Source: Trichoplax adhaerens (taxonomy: Eukaryota; Animalia; Placozoa). From it: a DNA stretch of 64,000 nt. The translations under genes and the position numbers were made by a program. The notes below the pieces were generated by a model. It was not told the DNA's origin. It ran no database searches and worked only from the letters and a program-made list of their open reading frames with translations. The stretch spans positions 2,415,836 through 2,479,835 of the forward strand of contig NW_002060949.1 of NCBI RefSeq assembly GCF_000150275.1, read 5' to 3'. How positions within the stretch are numbered: position 1 is the stretch's first letter; the number at the start of each line of letters is the position of its first letter. Positions 1-13,135 of this stretch are shown here, piece by piece.

Positions 1-655
1 TACAACATTTAAAATAAAAAAAATCGAAATAGAATCGATAAAGCGGATAGTAAAACCATTACAAATGAGTAAAATCATGATACAGCAAGCTATATCCACA
101 ATTTTACAGCTATGCATTAAAATGATTGGACTTCCTGTAGGATAAATCATCATGATTCATATTTATCTTGAATTACAGACTAGTTTTTATCAAATTAAAG
201 ACAAGTAATAAAGGCGAATACAAGATTTAACTAGACATAAAGTTCACTTATGTTTTAATAGAGTTTAGTCTATGGTCGGGGTTAGCATTTTAGAAATAAA
301 TGGATGTTAAATTATTAACGCTAAGCAAGCAAAATGGAACTGATTTTAATTCTTTCAAGTGATTTTTCTCACTGGGCTTTCCCGTTGAGATTCAATGATG
401 AATTGGCAAAGGATATCATTTATTCATTTGCCTACTGATGTAGTAATTAATGAAATATTTCCTCCTTTGCTGGTCAAAATTTGCCTAGGGGATTAACACT
501 ATTTGTAAGATTGGTTGAAAATGATCCATTTTTATTTTTGTTTATTGCGCTACGGTAATGTGGGATTCCGCTTGATTAGAGTATCTTTCGAATAGATTTT
601 CCGTCTTGATTTCATCCATTTTCTCTCTCTTTACTTTATGATTTATTGTAATGTA

Positions 656-3600
656 TTAAAAATCAAATGTAGAAGCGCCTCCTGGTGTACGAGCACCTCG
701 TCGAACAAGTTGAGTAGCTTCCGCTCGTTTACTATTGGATGGTGATTTTACGGAAGCGGATGATGTACTTCTTTGCTGGCTTAATGGCGTAGATTGTTGA
801 GGCTTAGTTTCTTTGGCTTTTTGTACTGGTGTCGATGGCAAATTAGGATATTTAGCTTTCATTTCATTGGATCTGGCAAAGGCATTGACTCTACCCTGTA
901 CAAATGGACTAGTATAACTTGATAATGGTGTCTTAGTAGGCGATGCACTCGATCGATTTGCATCAACATCATTCACTTTAGATCTTATTAACGCTGGCTC
1001 TGGTGTTTTAGGCAATGGTAATGGAGGAGAAGTACTAGGCATCGATGGCGGCGTTGTTTGCGATTTTGGTGATGGCTTTGTCGGTCCAACATAAGAAGGA
1101 CGATTAACACCAGCTGGTGTTGTCGCATTCTCATAGAATCGTTTTGGTTCAACATATCGATCACGGGTTTTTACGTTGGATGGACTTTTACCAATATTGG
1201 ATAAATTACTAGTTGAACCACCTAATTTTGTCATGGGTAGACGTGATTTTGATAGTGTATCATTGCTTGATTTATTGGGTGATGAAGTTCGTAACGCGAC
1301 CATCGATTCACTAGCATTCCAAGCTGATGGCGATTTAGCTCGATAATCGGATTTAGTTGGCGAATTTAAAACACTTTCCGACACGGTCGGTTTCAACGCA
1401 TTATTTAATGGTCGTCGTTGATTACTACTATCATAATTAAGTGGACGCTCAGGGATTAATGGCGATTTTCGAGCAGTAGTATCTTGTGCTTGTTGATGAA
1501 CTTGTTTTTCACGCACTTCTTGTTGTAATCGTTCAATATTTCGAATTCTTTCTTCTAATTCTTGCTTTTCTTGTAATCGTCGTTCATGATCTAATCGACG
1601 TTTCCTTTCTAATTCTAATATCTCTTCTTCCTTTCTTTTCTCTTCTTGTAACCGTAGCTGTCTTTCACGTTCCAATTTTTCTTCCTCTAACAATTTCTCC
1701 TTCATTTTTAACTCTTCTAGGCGTTTTTCTTGCTCTTGTCGACGTCGTTCTTGCTCAAGTAATTCTTCCGATTTAACTTTCTCTTCCATAGTACGCAATT
1801 GCTTCTCATAGTCAAGCCGTTGGTGCTCGATGCGGGTTTCTTTCATGCGTAATTCTTCCATGCGCTTGATAAATTCTTGTTGGCGTTGTTTCTCTAATCC
1901 ACTTAATTCATCCTCTTTGACTTTTATTTCTTTCTCCCTTAGATTACGTTCATTATCTAGTTGTTGCTCTTTCAATCTTAACTGACGGCGTAATTCCAAT
2001 ATCTCTTCATACTGATCATTGCGTTTTTTCTGTTCTGTCAGTAATTGGTCATGTTGTTGTTGAACAACTTTTTCAATGTCTTCAATGCGTTTACGCAATC
2101 GAACCGTTTCTTCTTGCTCATTAAATTGTATTTCATACTTTTTATGCATTAAATCGCGTGATCTTTCCTCGATATCATGCTGTATTTTCACCAATTCATC
2201 GCGCTGTTTCTTAATATTTAATTTTTCATTCTCGATTTTTTCACGCGCTTCCAATAATTCTTGTTGTGCGCGTTGATCGACGTAGGATTTTTCTTGCGTT
2301 AAATATTTCTGCTGCATATCTACTTCTTTTTGTAATAGCTGTAATTGATTGGCTTTTTGTTCAACAGCAGCAGCTTGCTGTTGTAATTGCTCTTCTTTTT
2401 GACGCCAATAATGTTGTTGTTGCTGATTGTACAGTACTTGTTCTTGATCGCGTTTCTTCAATTCTAAATCTTTCTCACCTAATTGTTCTTGTTGACGTTG
2501 TAATTCTAATTGCCTCTCGGTTAATTGATGTGTAATTTGATTATGTTGTTCTTGCATTTGATACCATTGGCGCTGTAAATCTTGTTGATTTTGTTCAACA
2601 ACTTTCCATTCGCGTTCTAATTGTTTCTTTTGCAATTCGAGCTCACCAAGTTGTCGTCGCCGACGTTGTTTCATCAGATGGACAGCATATTGGTCGTGTT
2701 CATCATGATTAGGGTTGCGATCGCCATCGATATGATTTAAATTTTGCCGACTTGATCGCCATTGGTATGTTGCAGCCATCCCTTGTTGTTCCAATTGTCT
2801 ATCCTGCTCGAAAGAAGTCGATTGATGAGTATTAATTGATTAATTAGTGAATTAATCCTTACACAATTAATCTGTCAATATGCAATGAAGGTGCAGTAGC
2901 TAACTAAAATTACTCCTCTCGTTTCAATTGCTTATCCTACTCAAATACAGTGATTCGTAAGTATGAATCGATTAATTAGGTATTAACTCATGCATAATCT
3001 ATTAGTATACAATTAAAGTACAGTAGCTAACAAACTCTTCTCGTTCTAGTTGCCCATTCTGCTCGAATGAAATCGGTACATATGTATGAATCGATTAACT
3101 ATGACATTAATTCTTTAATAGCCGATCTATCATATGCAATTAAGGTAAGTAGCTAACGAACTCCTCTTATTCTAGTTACCTATCCTACTCGGATGAAGTC
3201 AATGCTTAAGCATGAATCGGTTAATTAGAGATATAAATTCTTCTATAATTATAATCTAACTATTACCAGTAACTAAGGTAAAGTAGATAACTAAAATTAG
3301 TCCTCTTGTTTTAATTGCCTATCCTCCTCGATTGAGGTCGCTTTATGAATTTGTATCAATTAATTCCGGTATTAATTCTTATATTATATCTATGTATCTA
3401 ATCTAACTATCACGATCGATTTAAGGTACAGTGGCTAGCTAAAGTTAGTCCTCTTGTTTCCATTGCCTATCCTACTCAAATGAAGTCGATACATGAGTAT
3501 GAATCGATTCATTAGAGCATTAATTGTTGTGCAATCTAGCAATCGCTATATAATTAAGGAATGGTAGCTAGCTAAAATTACTCCCATCCTAGTGTTTAAT

Positions 3601-6600
3601 CCATTTCTGTAAATCTATCTTAAAATTTGAATGATAGACTAACCACATCATGATGAACTTGTTTACTTTCGTTGTACAGCTGTTGCTCTACTTGACGATT
3701 CATAATATCATTGGTATACTCGTTCATTTGCCTTTTAATGCGTTCACTTTCTTCTGATTCTTGTTGACGTAAATTTAGCTCTCGTTGCTTAACACTTTCA
3801 GCTAAATCATTAATTTTTTGCTCATTTTGAAGCACTTCATCTCGATGTTTAGTAAGCTGAACTTCATCTTCTTTTAATTTACGAATCCTTTCATCCAGCA
3901 TTCGTTGTTGTCGAGCTTCTTCTTCGATTAACTGAGCGACATCTTGTTGTCGTATACGATGCTCATATACTTGATAGAGTTGCCTGTTATCGTTTTGCAA
4001 ATGATCAAATATTAGTAACGGCAGTAGTCATAATTCAAAATTTATTTACTGCTCAAAATTTGAATTCCAAATCATTCGTTATCATATTAGGCTAAAACAA
4101 TCCATAACTTACTTTAAGTATAAAATAACACCATAGTTATCGTGGCCACTCGTAACATCCCATGAGTTAACTTGTTTAGGAATAGACAATTCTCGTTCAG
4201 CAGTATCGAAAGCTAAATTGCATCTTTCAATGGGTGTAAGTATATCTAATTTCTATTTTGTAAAAAAGTAAAATAGTAAATGAGAATGAATATACTAGCA
4301 TCTAAAAATTGACAAAAGGTAACTGTTTTTCGAGAAAGTCAATAGGGAATGAGAGAATTTAGATCATCGAGACTAAAAGCTAATAACAATTAGTAACTCT
4401 TGCAGCTGTCATTTAAATTCAATTCTTACCTCTTTTGGTATTGAAGTACCGCAAATTTTGCTGACCACTTCATAAAGAATACGACCATCATAGAATCTAA
4501 TTGAGATTGAAAATGATTGAGTAATATTCTATATCGAAAGTTAACGATGGATCATTATCATTATAAATGTATATTAAAATAAATTAAATTAAGCCGCCAT
4601 ATGAAACACGCTAGTCAACGTTTCTATTCAGAAATTAGTTATTATGATGGCTTTGAACTAAATCAGCATCAATTGTACTTTAAATATAATGAATTCATAT
4701 TTAAGCTTGGTTATGAAGTAAAATTTTAATTTAATTAAATGCGCTGGGCAATCGGATCCCGCCTACATTAAATGTAGTACGGAATACTGAAGATAGTATT
4801 TTAAAAGATAGAAATCTGCTATTGGACCTGTGACATTGATAATAGTTTAGTACGAAACTTAAAATTCTAATCTAGGAATTATGGACAGGATATATAGGAT
4901 AACCTGGATTAAAAGCCGAAAGAAAGCATACAAAACTTCTTACTGATTATAACTTTGGATTGGAATCCCTGTAAGGCCTGTTACCCATGATAAAACGGAC
5001 AGATCTTCCTTGTCTAATGTAGTCAAATCTGCTTGACTTCCAGCCAAATTGGATTGACTGCTATTAATATAGCTATTACTAATGCCTGCCGATGGAGGTT
5101 TATACAATGGTGGATAGCCTATGCAACAAATAGATATTGATAATACGCATCAATTATTTGAAATTATATTCATTTTTTTCTTTTGTATCAGGATAGCATC
5201 GACAAGATCAAACCCGGGCTATAACATACCATTTTTGACATTTGCTTCAACTCTCAATCTTAGGAGATGGCACATAGTTAACATGGTCTTGACATTTCCA
5301 GAAGCCAATTCTATCACAAATACACCAGGCAATCCAAATTTGAGAATCAGTATATTATAAATTATCATTCCTAAGATTATTTATAAATAATCAATATTAC
5401 AAGAGTAATAAAAAATATACCTTCAGCACGAATTCCAGTCACGTTAATTCCTCTCTCAGCCATGAAATTAATACATTCTTTAGTGTTTTCAATCTTTTGG
5501 ACCCTTAGCTTGGGTAGTGTATAATACTTGGCTAGGCGTTCACCGGCTAATAAAGAGTTGGTGATATATATGATCGGGGTAGTTAAAAGTAATAATAAAT
5601 TAGGATTTAATGATACAAATCGCCCTTATTATCTCTCGATATACGAGCGTAGTAGTAATAATTTACCTAACGCTTCTAAAAGTTTAATTAGAGTTAAGCC
5701 ATCTGAGAGTTGCTCTTCAAGATTAACAATCAGAGGATGCCCGGTTTTAGAAATGTAGCTATTAATCCATTTCATACATTCCTGATGATAAAAGAGAATA
5801 AAGCTATTGGTTAAAAGTCTACCTCTATATAAAATTAGTAATAAGCTGCAGATGATACAACATTATGTTATATAGTATACTCATTAACTGAAAGATTGAA
5901 AAGATTAATTCAATTCTAATACTATAGCACTGCTAGTGAATGCAAGCTGCATGTGATATGATATTTATTGGCAAAGACTATAGTCTAGAAAATGTATCGA
6001 ATCTATTCATCTTAAATTCTACTTTCTAGTTCTTTTAAGAAATACTTTATATTTACTTGTTTGTCTTGTTCAATAGATGCAGCAGTCGAACCGTCGGAAT
6101 CAGGAAGTTTGCCGGTTGATCCGTAGTAGTATTGCAAGTGAGGCAACGAAGAAGCAGCAAAATTGGCATTGTTTATTCCTCCTCCGGTGCTGCCGGAATT
6201 CATGCCACCAATACCACCGTTGGTAACTATTCCGGTTGAGCTACAAGATTTCAAATTAAGGTTTAAAATAAGATATTGAAATGGATTTGAAACCATTTAT
6301 CCTAACTATGGCCGTTATAATTTCATTTTACTTATAAAATTAGGATGATAGCATTTTAAATTTATATCGTAAATGATTAGCCAGTAAATTTTGTTACAGG
6401 AAAGAAAAGATTTATAACAGTATTAAACGGATGATGAACGAAGAATCTTTCTTTGGAATATGTGCTCTGATTTATATTAGATATTCGTACAAATAAAATA
6501 GAAAGGAGATAAAATATTATTATTCCACCTCTGATAACTAGAGATTTTAAAACTATATTTTGTACTGCAACATTTACATTTTATACTATATTTAGCGTAA

Positions 6601-9031
6601 GGTTTAACGTCCCTGTTTCCTACCAAGGAAATCATACTATGGATGTATAGTAATAGTTTAGTTTGATATTATGATATCTGTGAAGGGAATCAGACTTAAA
6701 AAATAACTTGAAAAAGAAGTTTATAAGACTAATCTTTCAGACTATAATGATTAATCGTTATTAACTTTGCTGTGCTGTAATAAATTGAATCTTGCGATAG
6801 TCATAAAAGGAAAATTAGGTTTATATTAATTATAAGAGCTCAAAAGAGCTTCAAGGGATGAAATAATGATAACTATTGCTATCGTGAACTTAATTATAGA
6901 CTCTATTAGAGGGCACAAAATAATGAATGTCTCGTGCAATTCACTTAATAGCTTTTAGATGAAAAGAGCCAGTACAATATATTATTTTTTGTGATCTTTA
7001 ACTTTTCAGTATTTCTTTTCTTGCATTACTGATATTTTAATAGATATGAGCATTGACTGTGATGGCGGTAAGTAACTTTATCAGATTAATAGTTTTCTCT
7101 TAACGTAAAATAATAGCGCAAGAGTCATAAATGGATGTAGTTACTTTAAAATTGACATATATCCGAGTTACTGGTTTGGGTTTATATAGCTGACATTTTT
7201 TGGACATTTTCCCTCATTATTTTATTATAAGCTAAATGATTTCGTAATATACGCTTAATTATATTATACAATATTAAACCGTTAGATTTATTTAACGGTT
7301 AAGTTACTTGTGTTATTCATTTTTTTAAAGTGTGTCATCTAATGAAACAATAACAATAACGGATAGTTTTATGATGTTGGAAATGATAGTATTTACATTG
7401 AAAACATTTCAACTTTATTTAGTAGTGATCAAACTTTGACTATATTTTTTTATTTGGGGTATAACTGATGTATGCGTACTATTTTTGCTAATGTATTTAA
7501 TATTAATATGGTGCCATGCTAATATGAAAATTAATACCTAGTAGAATATTGTACGTGCAGAGTCAGAAATGCTTTCTAATAATGTAGCAATTCTTCTTTG
7601 ACCTCAAGTATGATACAATTATTTGCACTAAATGCTAGAATTTTATCTGACCAGATCTATCCTCAAAATTTGACTAATTAGTGGTTCGATAGATATACGT
7701 ATTTGTGAGACACATCATAACACTAGCATCAATCTATGCACTCGTGTTAAAATAATAAAATGTTATTTATCTACTATACGTTAGATTAAAATACAATTAC
7801 AATTTTTTACGAGGTTAGATGGATATTTCAATGGCTCTTTGACAAATATCAGGATCGATTATGATCTGATAATAAAATATGAACTACTTACTATGTACTA
7901 AATTGAGAAGATCTATTTCCGACTTTTAGAAACGGCCAGATAGATCTTTCATAGCTATTTAATAACGTTAGTATCAATTCTGGTTTGATGATATGAAGTT
8001 CATTATCTACTGAGATGCGTTATCGCTAATATCAATTCTGCTCCGATAAGAAGGTAATAAGGGTAACGGTACTATATACGTATTAGTCGAAGATCGCCTA
8101 TTTATGTTTATACTTATAATCGGGTATATAGATATATTTGAAGATATTTAATAAGGCTAGTATAAATTCTACTGCAATGATAATTATAACCAAGTTATTA
8201 CTATCTAAGTTGTCTTGAAAGATCTAAATTTGATTTGTATTAACGGTACGATAGATATTGTCAGAGATCCTTTTCTAATACTAGTGTCTGTTTTGCTCTG
8301 ATGTCAATTATGTGAATAAATGCGAAGTTTATTAGTTTAAATAAGGTCTATTTTTAGTATATAAATGAAGATTAATGATGTTCAGATATGTTTAGTGTGA
8401 GTAAAAAATGGTTAGTTCTATTTATCAAAAGTCACGTAGCGATACGATTTAGAGTATATAACTCTGCGTCGTCAGTGATTGCATTAATATCCATGCTATT
8501 GCTTTCTTTTCTATATTGCAAGTGCTGAGATAATTTATCGTCCATATTCTATTCTTCAATTTCTTACTTAGTTCACTCTTGATGTTATAGAAAAGGAAAA
8601 TATAAGGGCTATAAAAAATAGTTTTCAATTTTATATTGATTTGGATAAGGATAATTATGTCGATGCGTTTAAATCCTGATAGGTATGATCAGTAAGGTTA
8701 CATCTACGATTCTAGCGCATAAAATTGGATTATCTTCATTGATTCTATGACCGATTAAGCTATCCCATCGAGCCAATGTACTATATATGGATGGATATCA
8801 TGATCATTTCTCAATAAATGGTCGATGCTATACTGTTTAAATTGGATAAAATCGATGCTCTTTATTGATTGTACTCCCGCCATTACCCTCATTATTATGA
8901 TTAAAATGGGGCCAATTTAATATTCAACAATTTAGCGAATACAATTTGCAATTTGGCAAGCCTCATCGTCCATACTTTGCTACCCACTATCGTTCTAGGA
9001 TGTTAGAAATTTCTTACCTGGCTCCATCCAT
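656..9031 (-). CDS. Tandem CH1-CH2 actin-binding-domain protein with a long Q/E/K/R coiled coil and an S/P/T-rich tail, about 1129 aa, 10 exons: 9018-9031, 6057-6240, 5667-5781, 5421-5546, 5230-5310, 4944-5118, 4430-4496, 4113-4252, 3644-3983, 656-2803
   Basis: Manual splicing; all introns are GT-AG with matching phases. CH1-like: ECMKWINSYISKTGHPLIVNLEEQLSDGLTLIKLLEALAGERL...QKIENTKECINFMAERGINVTGIRAEELASGNVKTML. CH2-like: SVLSWV...FYDGRILYEVV...ERCNLAFDTAERELSIPK...VILYLKQLY. ORFs 3620-4000 and 656-2794 supply the coiled coil and tail. The 14-nt first exon (ATGGATGGAGCCAG|gtaag) is the least certain part. Confidence 0.85.
2795..3595 (-). repeat. Degenerate tandem repeat (period about 117-148 bp, 5 full copies and 1 partial) of the intron end, acceptor and first ~8 codons of the terminal exon
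   Basis: On the plus strand, AAGGTACAGTAGCTAAC...CTCCTCTTGTT...ATTGCCTATCCTACTC...GAAGTCGAT...TATGAATCGATTAATT recurs. Copies match the real junction cag|GAT AGA CAA TTG GAA at 2803. Confidence 0.85.
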
Positions 9032-10530
9032 TTCTTAACGGTAATAATTAGGCAATAAAGGCCAATCAGTCCGTGAATTTATCGCGTGATTTTATTAACG
9101 AAAAGTGATGACTGTCTGTGTTAGCGATGGGCGTCGAGGAACGCTTGATTTTCTTGTCAACGACGCGGTTAAGCTTGGAAAATTGAATGCATAGAGGTAA
9201 CGTGACTAGGATAATACGCAGGCGTAGAAATACATTTAGTGGATTTTCAATGGAGAATAATTGCCAACAGGCCAGGTAATAATGGGGGACTATCCGTGAA
9301 AGTAGGAGGATAGACTATGAGAATGAGTTATTTTATTATAGAACACGATGGAACGAGGGTTATCCATTGAATATTGTGTCCATGAAGTATAATCTTGGCA
9401 GATCTATAGATTTTATGAGATGGCCTACACTTTGCAAGTAGAAATAGAGCTGTTGTAACGATTTGCTTTCTAGCTAGATTACGGGTACATCGTATATATA
9501 GGAATATACCGTTATATATATCTTTGATAGTGTATAGTAATATTATTTTCAAACAAGTTATGTTGATTATAATACCCTTGTAATGATCTTTACATATATG
9601 CTGCTTACTGTATGGCTCCATTTGCAGCTGATTGCTGGCTTTGATAACTACAGTCGGATAGCTAGGGTTACGAGGAAGCATCATAAAGGGTTTATCCGTG
9701 AAAGTACAACAGTAGACTCCAGGGACGTATGAATTCGACGCGATTCTAGAGAACGCACAAGTTATCACAGTGTCGATTTATTATGATCTTATTTAAACTA
9801 TTGTTTTTATAATGTTCTACTCTTTCCAAGTAGAATTAGAGTAACCATTTACTTTCTAGTCTAACTACATGTAGCTCTGATGATATCCGGCTAAACTTTC
9901 ATAGGATACAGTAAAGTCGCTGTATCCAAGGATACAGTTGATAGTCTTTATACGTTGGCTATTGTATCGCTGTATCTCCAGGTGATTGTAGCTTTTATCA
10001 TCGTAGTGTTAGGATAGTTGGGATAGAACAATATTGACAGAGTGATGCTTTAATCGTTCTAATTGAATTTAATTAAAATATATCGTTCCTTAGTTCAAAT
10101 TCAATATGGATCTAGTATACTGTTGATGGTGACTAGTACAGTAATTTAGAGTAAGTGGTGCAGCATCGAATAATCTGCAATAATAACAGCATGGGTACAC
10201 GCATCGTACGGTATTCCCTAAAGAAAGTAAATTCTAGAAGTTGAAGAAGACAGCTGCCCTCTACTCTACACAAGACAGGCTTAGTGCTCAGCATGGAGGT
10301 TAAAAACGGAAGATGTATAATAGTTTTAAAATGACTAAAAAATAAATACAGGATCACTTTTGCAGCAATCTTCACTGTCGTTCCATTCGAAGAAAGTCGT
10401 CTGTAGCCTTAACTCGGCGTGCATCTATTGCAAGAGGGAGTAAAGCTGAGAGCTAGTATATAAGCCACCTGCACTAACGGGGACCGCTATCATTGGCTCA
10501 GAATATACTAGTGGATTCTCACTTTCACTT

Positions 10531-11770
10531 GTACTGTGCCTTGATTTTACGTAAGATCGAGCCTCTAGTCATGGACTTTGTATAAAATAAAGTTAGCTTT
10601 CTTCTGTAGTCCATGACCTGAAATGTCGTAGTACTATCGTAGTACTGTGCCTTGATTTTACGTAAGATCAAGCCTCTAGCTATGGACTTCGTATAAAATA
10701 AAGTTAGCTTAGTACTATCGCAGTACTGTGCCTAGATTTTACGTAAGATCGAGCCTCTAGCTATGGGCTTCGTATAAAATAAAGTTAGCTTTCTTCAGTA
10801 GTCCATAGCCTGATCTGTCGTAGTACTATCGTAGTACTGCGCCTTAATTTTACGTAAGATCGAGCCTCTAGCTATGGGCTTCGTATAAAATAAAGTTAGC
10901 TTTCTTCAGTAGTCCATAGCCTGATCTGTCGTAGTACTATCGTAGTACTGTGCCTTAATTTTACGTAAGATCGAGCCTCTAGCTATGGGCTTCGTATAAA
11001 ATAAAGTTAGCTTTCTTCAGTAGTCCATAGCCTGATCTGTCGTAGTACTATCGTAGTACTGTGGCTTAATTTAAACGTAAGATCGAGTCACTAGTCATGG
11101 ACTTCGTATAAAATAAAATTAGCTTTCTGCAGTAGTCCATGGCCAGATCTGTCGTAGTACTATCGTAGTACTGTGCCTTAATTTTACGTAAGATCGAGCC
11201 TCTAGTCATGGACTTCGTATAAAATAAAGTAGGTTTTCTTCAGTAGTCCTTGGCCTGATCTGTCGGAGAACTATCGTATGATCTGTCGTAGTACTATCGT
11301 AGGATTATGCCTTGATTTTACGTAAGATCGAGCCTCTAGTCATGGACTTCGTATAAAATAAAGTAGGTTTTCTTCAGTAGTCCTTGGCCTGATCTGTCGG
11401 AGAACTATCGTAGAATCTGTCGTAGTACTATCGTAGGATTATGCCTTGATTTTACGTAAGATCGAGCCTCTAGTCATGGACTTCGTATAAAATAAAGTAG
11501 GTTTTCTTCAGTAGTCCTTGGCCAGATCTGTCGTAGTACTATCGTAGGATTATGCCTTAATTTTACGTAAGATCGAGCCTCTAGTCATGGACTTCGTATA
11601 AAATAAAGTAGGTTTTCTTCAGTAGTCCTTGGCCTGATCTGTCGTAGTACTATCGTAGGATTATGCCTTAATTTTACGTAAGATCGAGCCTCTAGTCACG
11701 GACTTCGTATAAAATAAAGTTGGTTTTCTTCAGAAGTCCATGGCCAGATGTGTCGAAGAACGATCGTAGT
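10531..11770. repeat. Tandem array of about 11 copies of a ~111-bp unit with an internal inverted repeat
   Basis: The anchor ACGTAAGATC recurs near 10549, 10660, 10741, 10852, 10963, 11075, 11186, 11320, 11454, 11565 and 11676. One copy has an internal deletion; two have a ~23-bp internal duplication. Confidence 0.95.
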
Positions 11771-12505
11771 TACTCGTGGTAAGGACTTGAGAGTGTGTAT
11801 CATACAAAGGAGAGTGTGCTATAAACGGGTATCAAGCAATTACTCAGTATTAATACAGAAGTAACTGATTCAGATGGTGATGAGAAATGTGTATCAACCA
11901 AGACATATGGCATCGATTTTGAGCCTACTATCACCAGCATTAATGGGGGTGAAAAGTGTTAATCTTCAATGGTTGCGCTATAGATCATAATGAGTGTTTA
12001 GATTATACTTCGATTCTGCAATTTGAGATAGTATGGATCGCATAAGAGACTTTTTGGAAGAATCTGCCATAGTCAAGAGAGGAGTGAGTCCGAGATGACA
12101 GTACACTTGTTATACAAACACTAGACAACTTCCTTGGTAAAGGGGTAGTACAGTGGCTAGACGAATCAACGATTTACTGTTCCATGTAGCGGTACAGAAG
12201 TCATACTGTAACCTTTAATCTTAAGATACAGTAGGATACTTGGCTCATTTCACCACAAGTATAAACAACAATCATAGTAACAGCGCAGTGCTCGAATACT
12301 GCACGACCATCTCTCGCCATTTTGCCTTTTCCGATAAATGAATTAGCCAAGATTTTAGCTAGGAAAGGAAGAAGATGTACAGCGATAGAAGTCTTTGAAC
12401 ATAGGTTGATCCAAGGCACAAGAACGTAAGACAGAAAAGTAATAGCTGGAATTACTATGTAGATTTATCGCATAAAAGGCTAGTGTAGTTCATATGAGAA
12501 TGGCA

Positions 12506-13135
12506 TAAACTCTTGCTGCAATCTTAGCTAGATTTGAATACGATATAAACTGTTGCTGCAGTCTTTGCTAGACTTGAATACCATATAAACTCTTGCTGCA
12601 ATCTTCGCTGGACCTGAATACGATATAAACTGTTGCTGCAGTCTTTGCTAGACTTGAATACCATATAAACTCTTGCTGCAACCTTAGCTAGACTTACACG
12701 GTATAAAGTTACTGAACCTCTGACAGGTCTACTGAGTACGACAAATGGTAATACTATCTGTTAAATGAGCACATTATCGTAAACCGTCAGCAAAGCGACG
12801 GGAGTTTGCACTAGTAAACTCTTAACTGCAATCTTAGCTAGACTTGAATACGATCTAAACTCTTGCTGCAATCTTAGCTAGACTTGAATACCATATAAAC
12901 TCTTGCTGCAATCTTTGCTGAACTTAAATACCATATAAACTCTTGCTGCAATCTTTGCTGGACTTAAATACCATATAAACTCTTGCTGCAATCTTCGCTG
13001 GACCTGAATACCATATAAACGCTTGCTGCAATCTTAACTAGATTTGAATATGATCTAAACTCTTACTGCAATCTTAGCTAGACTTGAATACCATATAAAC
13101 GCTTGCTGCAATCTTAGCTGGGCTTGAATACCATA
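12506..13135. repeat. 40-bp minisatellite in two blocks (about 5 and 8 copies) separated by ~120 bp of unique sequence
   Basis: The unit TAAACTCTTGCTGCAATCTTAGCTAGACTTGAATACCATA repeats at a 40-bp period over 12506-12695 and 12815-13135. Confidence 0.95.

Noticed and set aside
1486-2535. Hydrophobic plus-strand ORFs (1486-1776, 2076-2276, 2266-2535)
   Set aside because: They are antisense shadows of the E/Q/K-rich coiled-coil exon.
9328-10375. Minus-strand ORFs of 146 aa and 80 aa
   Set aside because: Non-ATG starts, no recognisable domain and no splice support.
10531-11770. Hammerhead ribozyme on the minus strand of the 111-bp unit (CTGAAGA...CGAAGTC)
   Set aside because: CUGANGA is present, but there is no GAAA followed by helix III, helix II does not abut the core, and the G-U variants favour the plus strand.
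12506-13135. CRISPR-like array (also considered for 10531-11770 and 56900-57920)
   Set aside because: The units are contiguous without unique spacers, there are no cas genes, and the context is eukaryotic.
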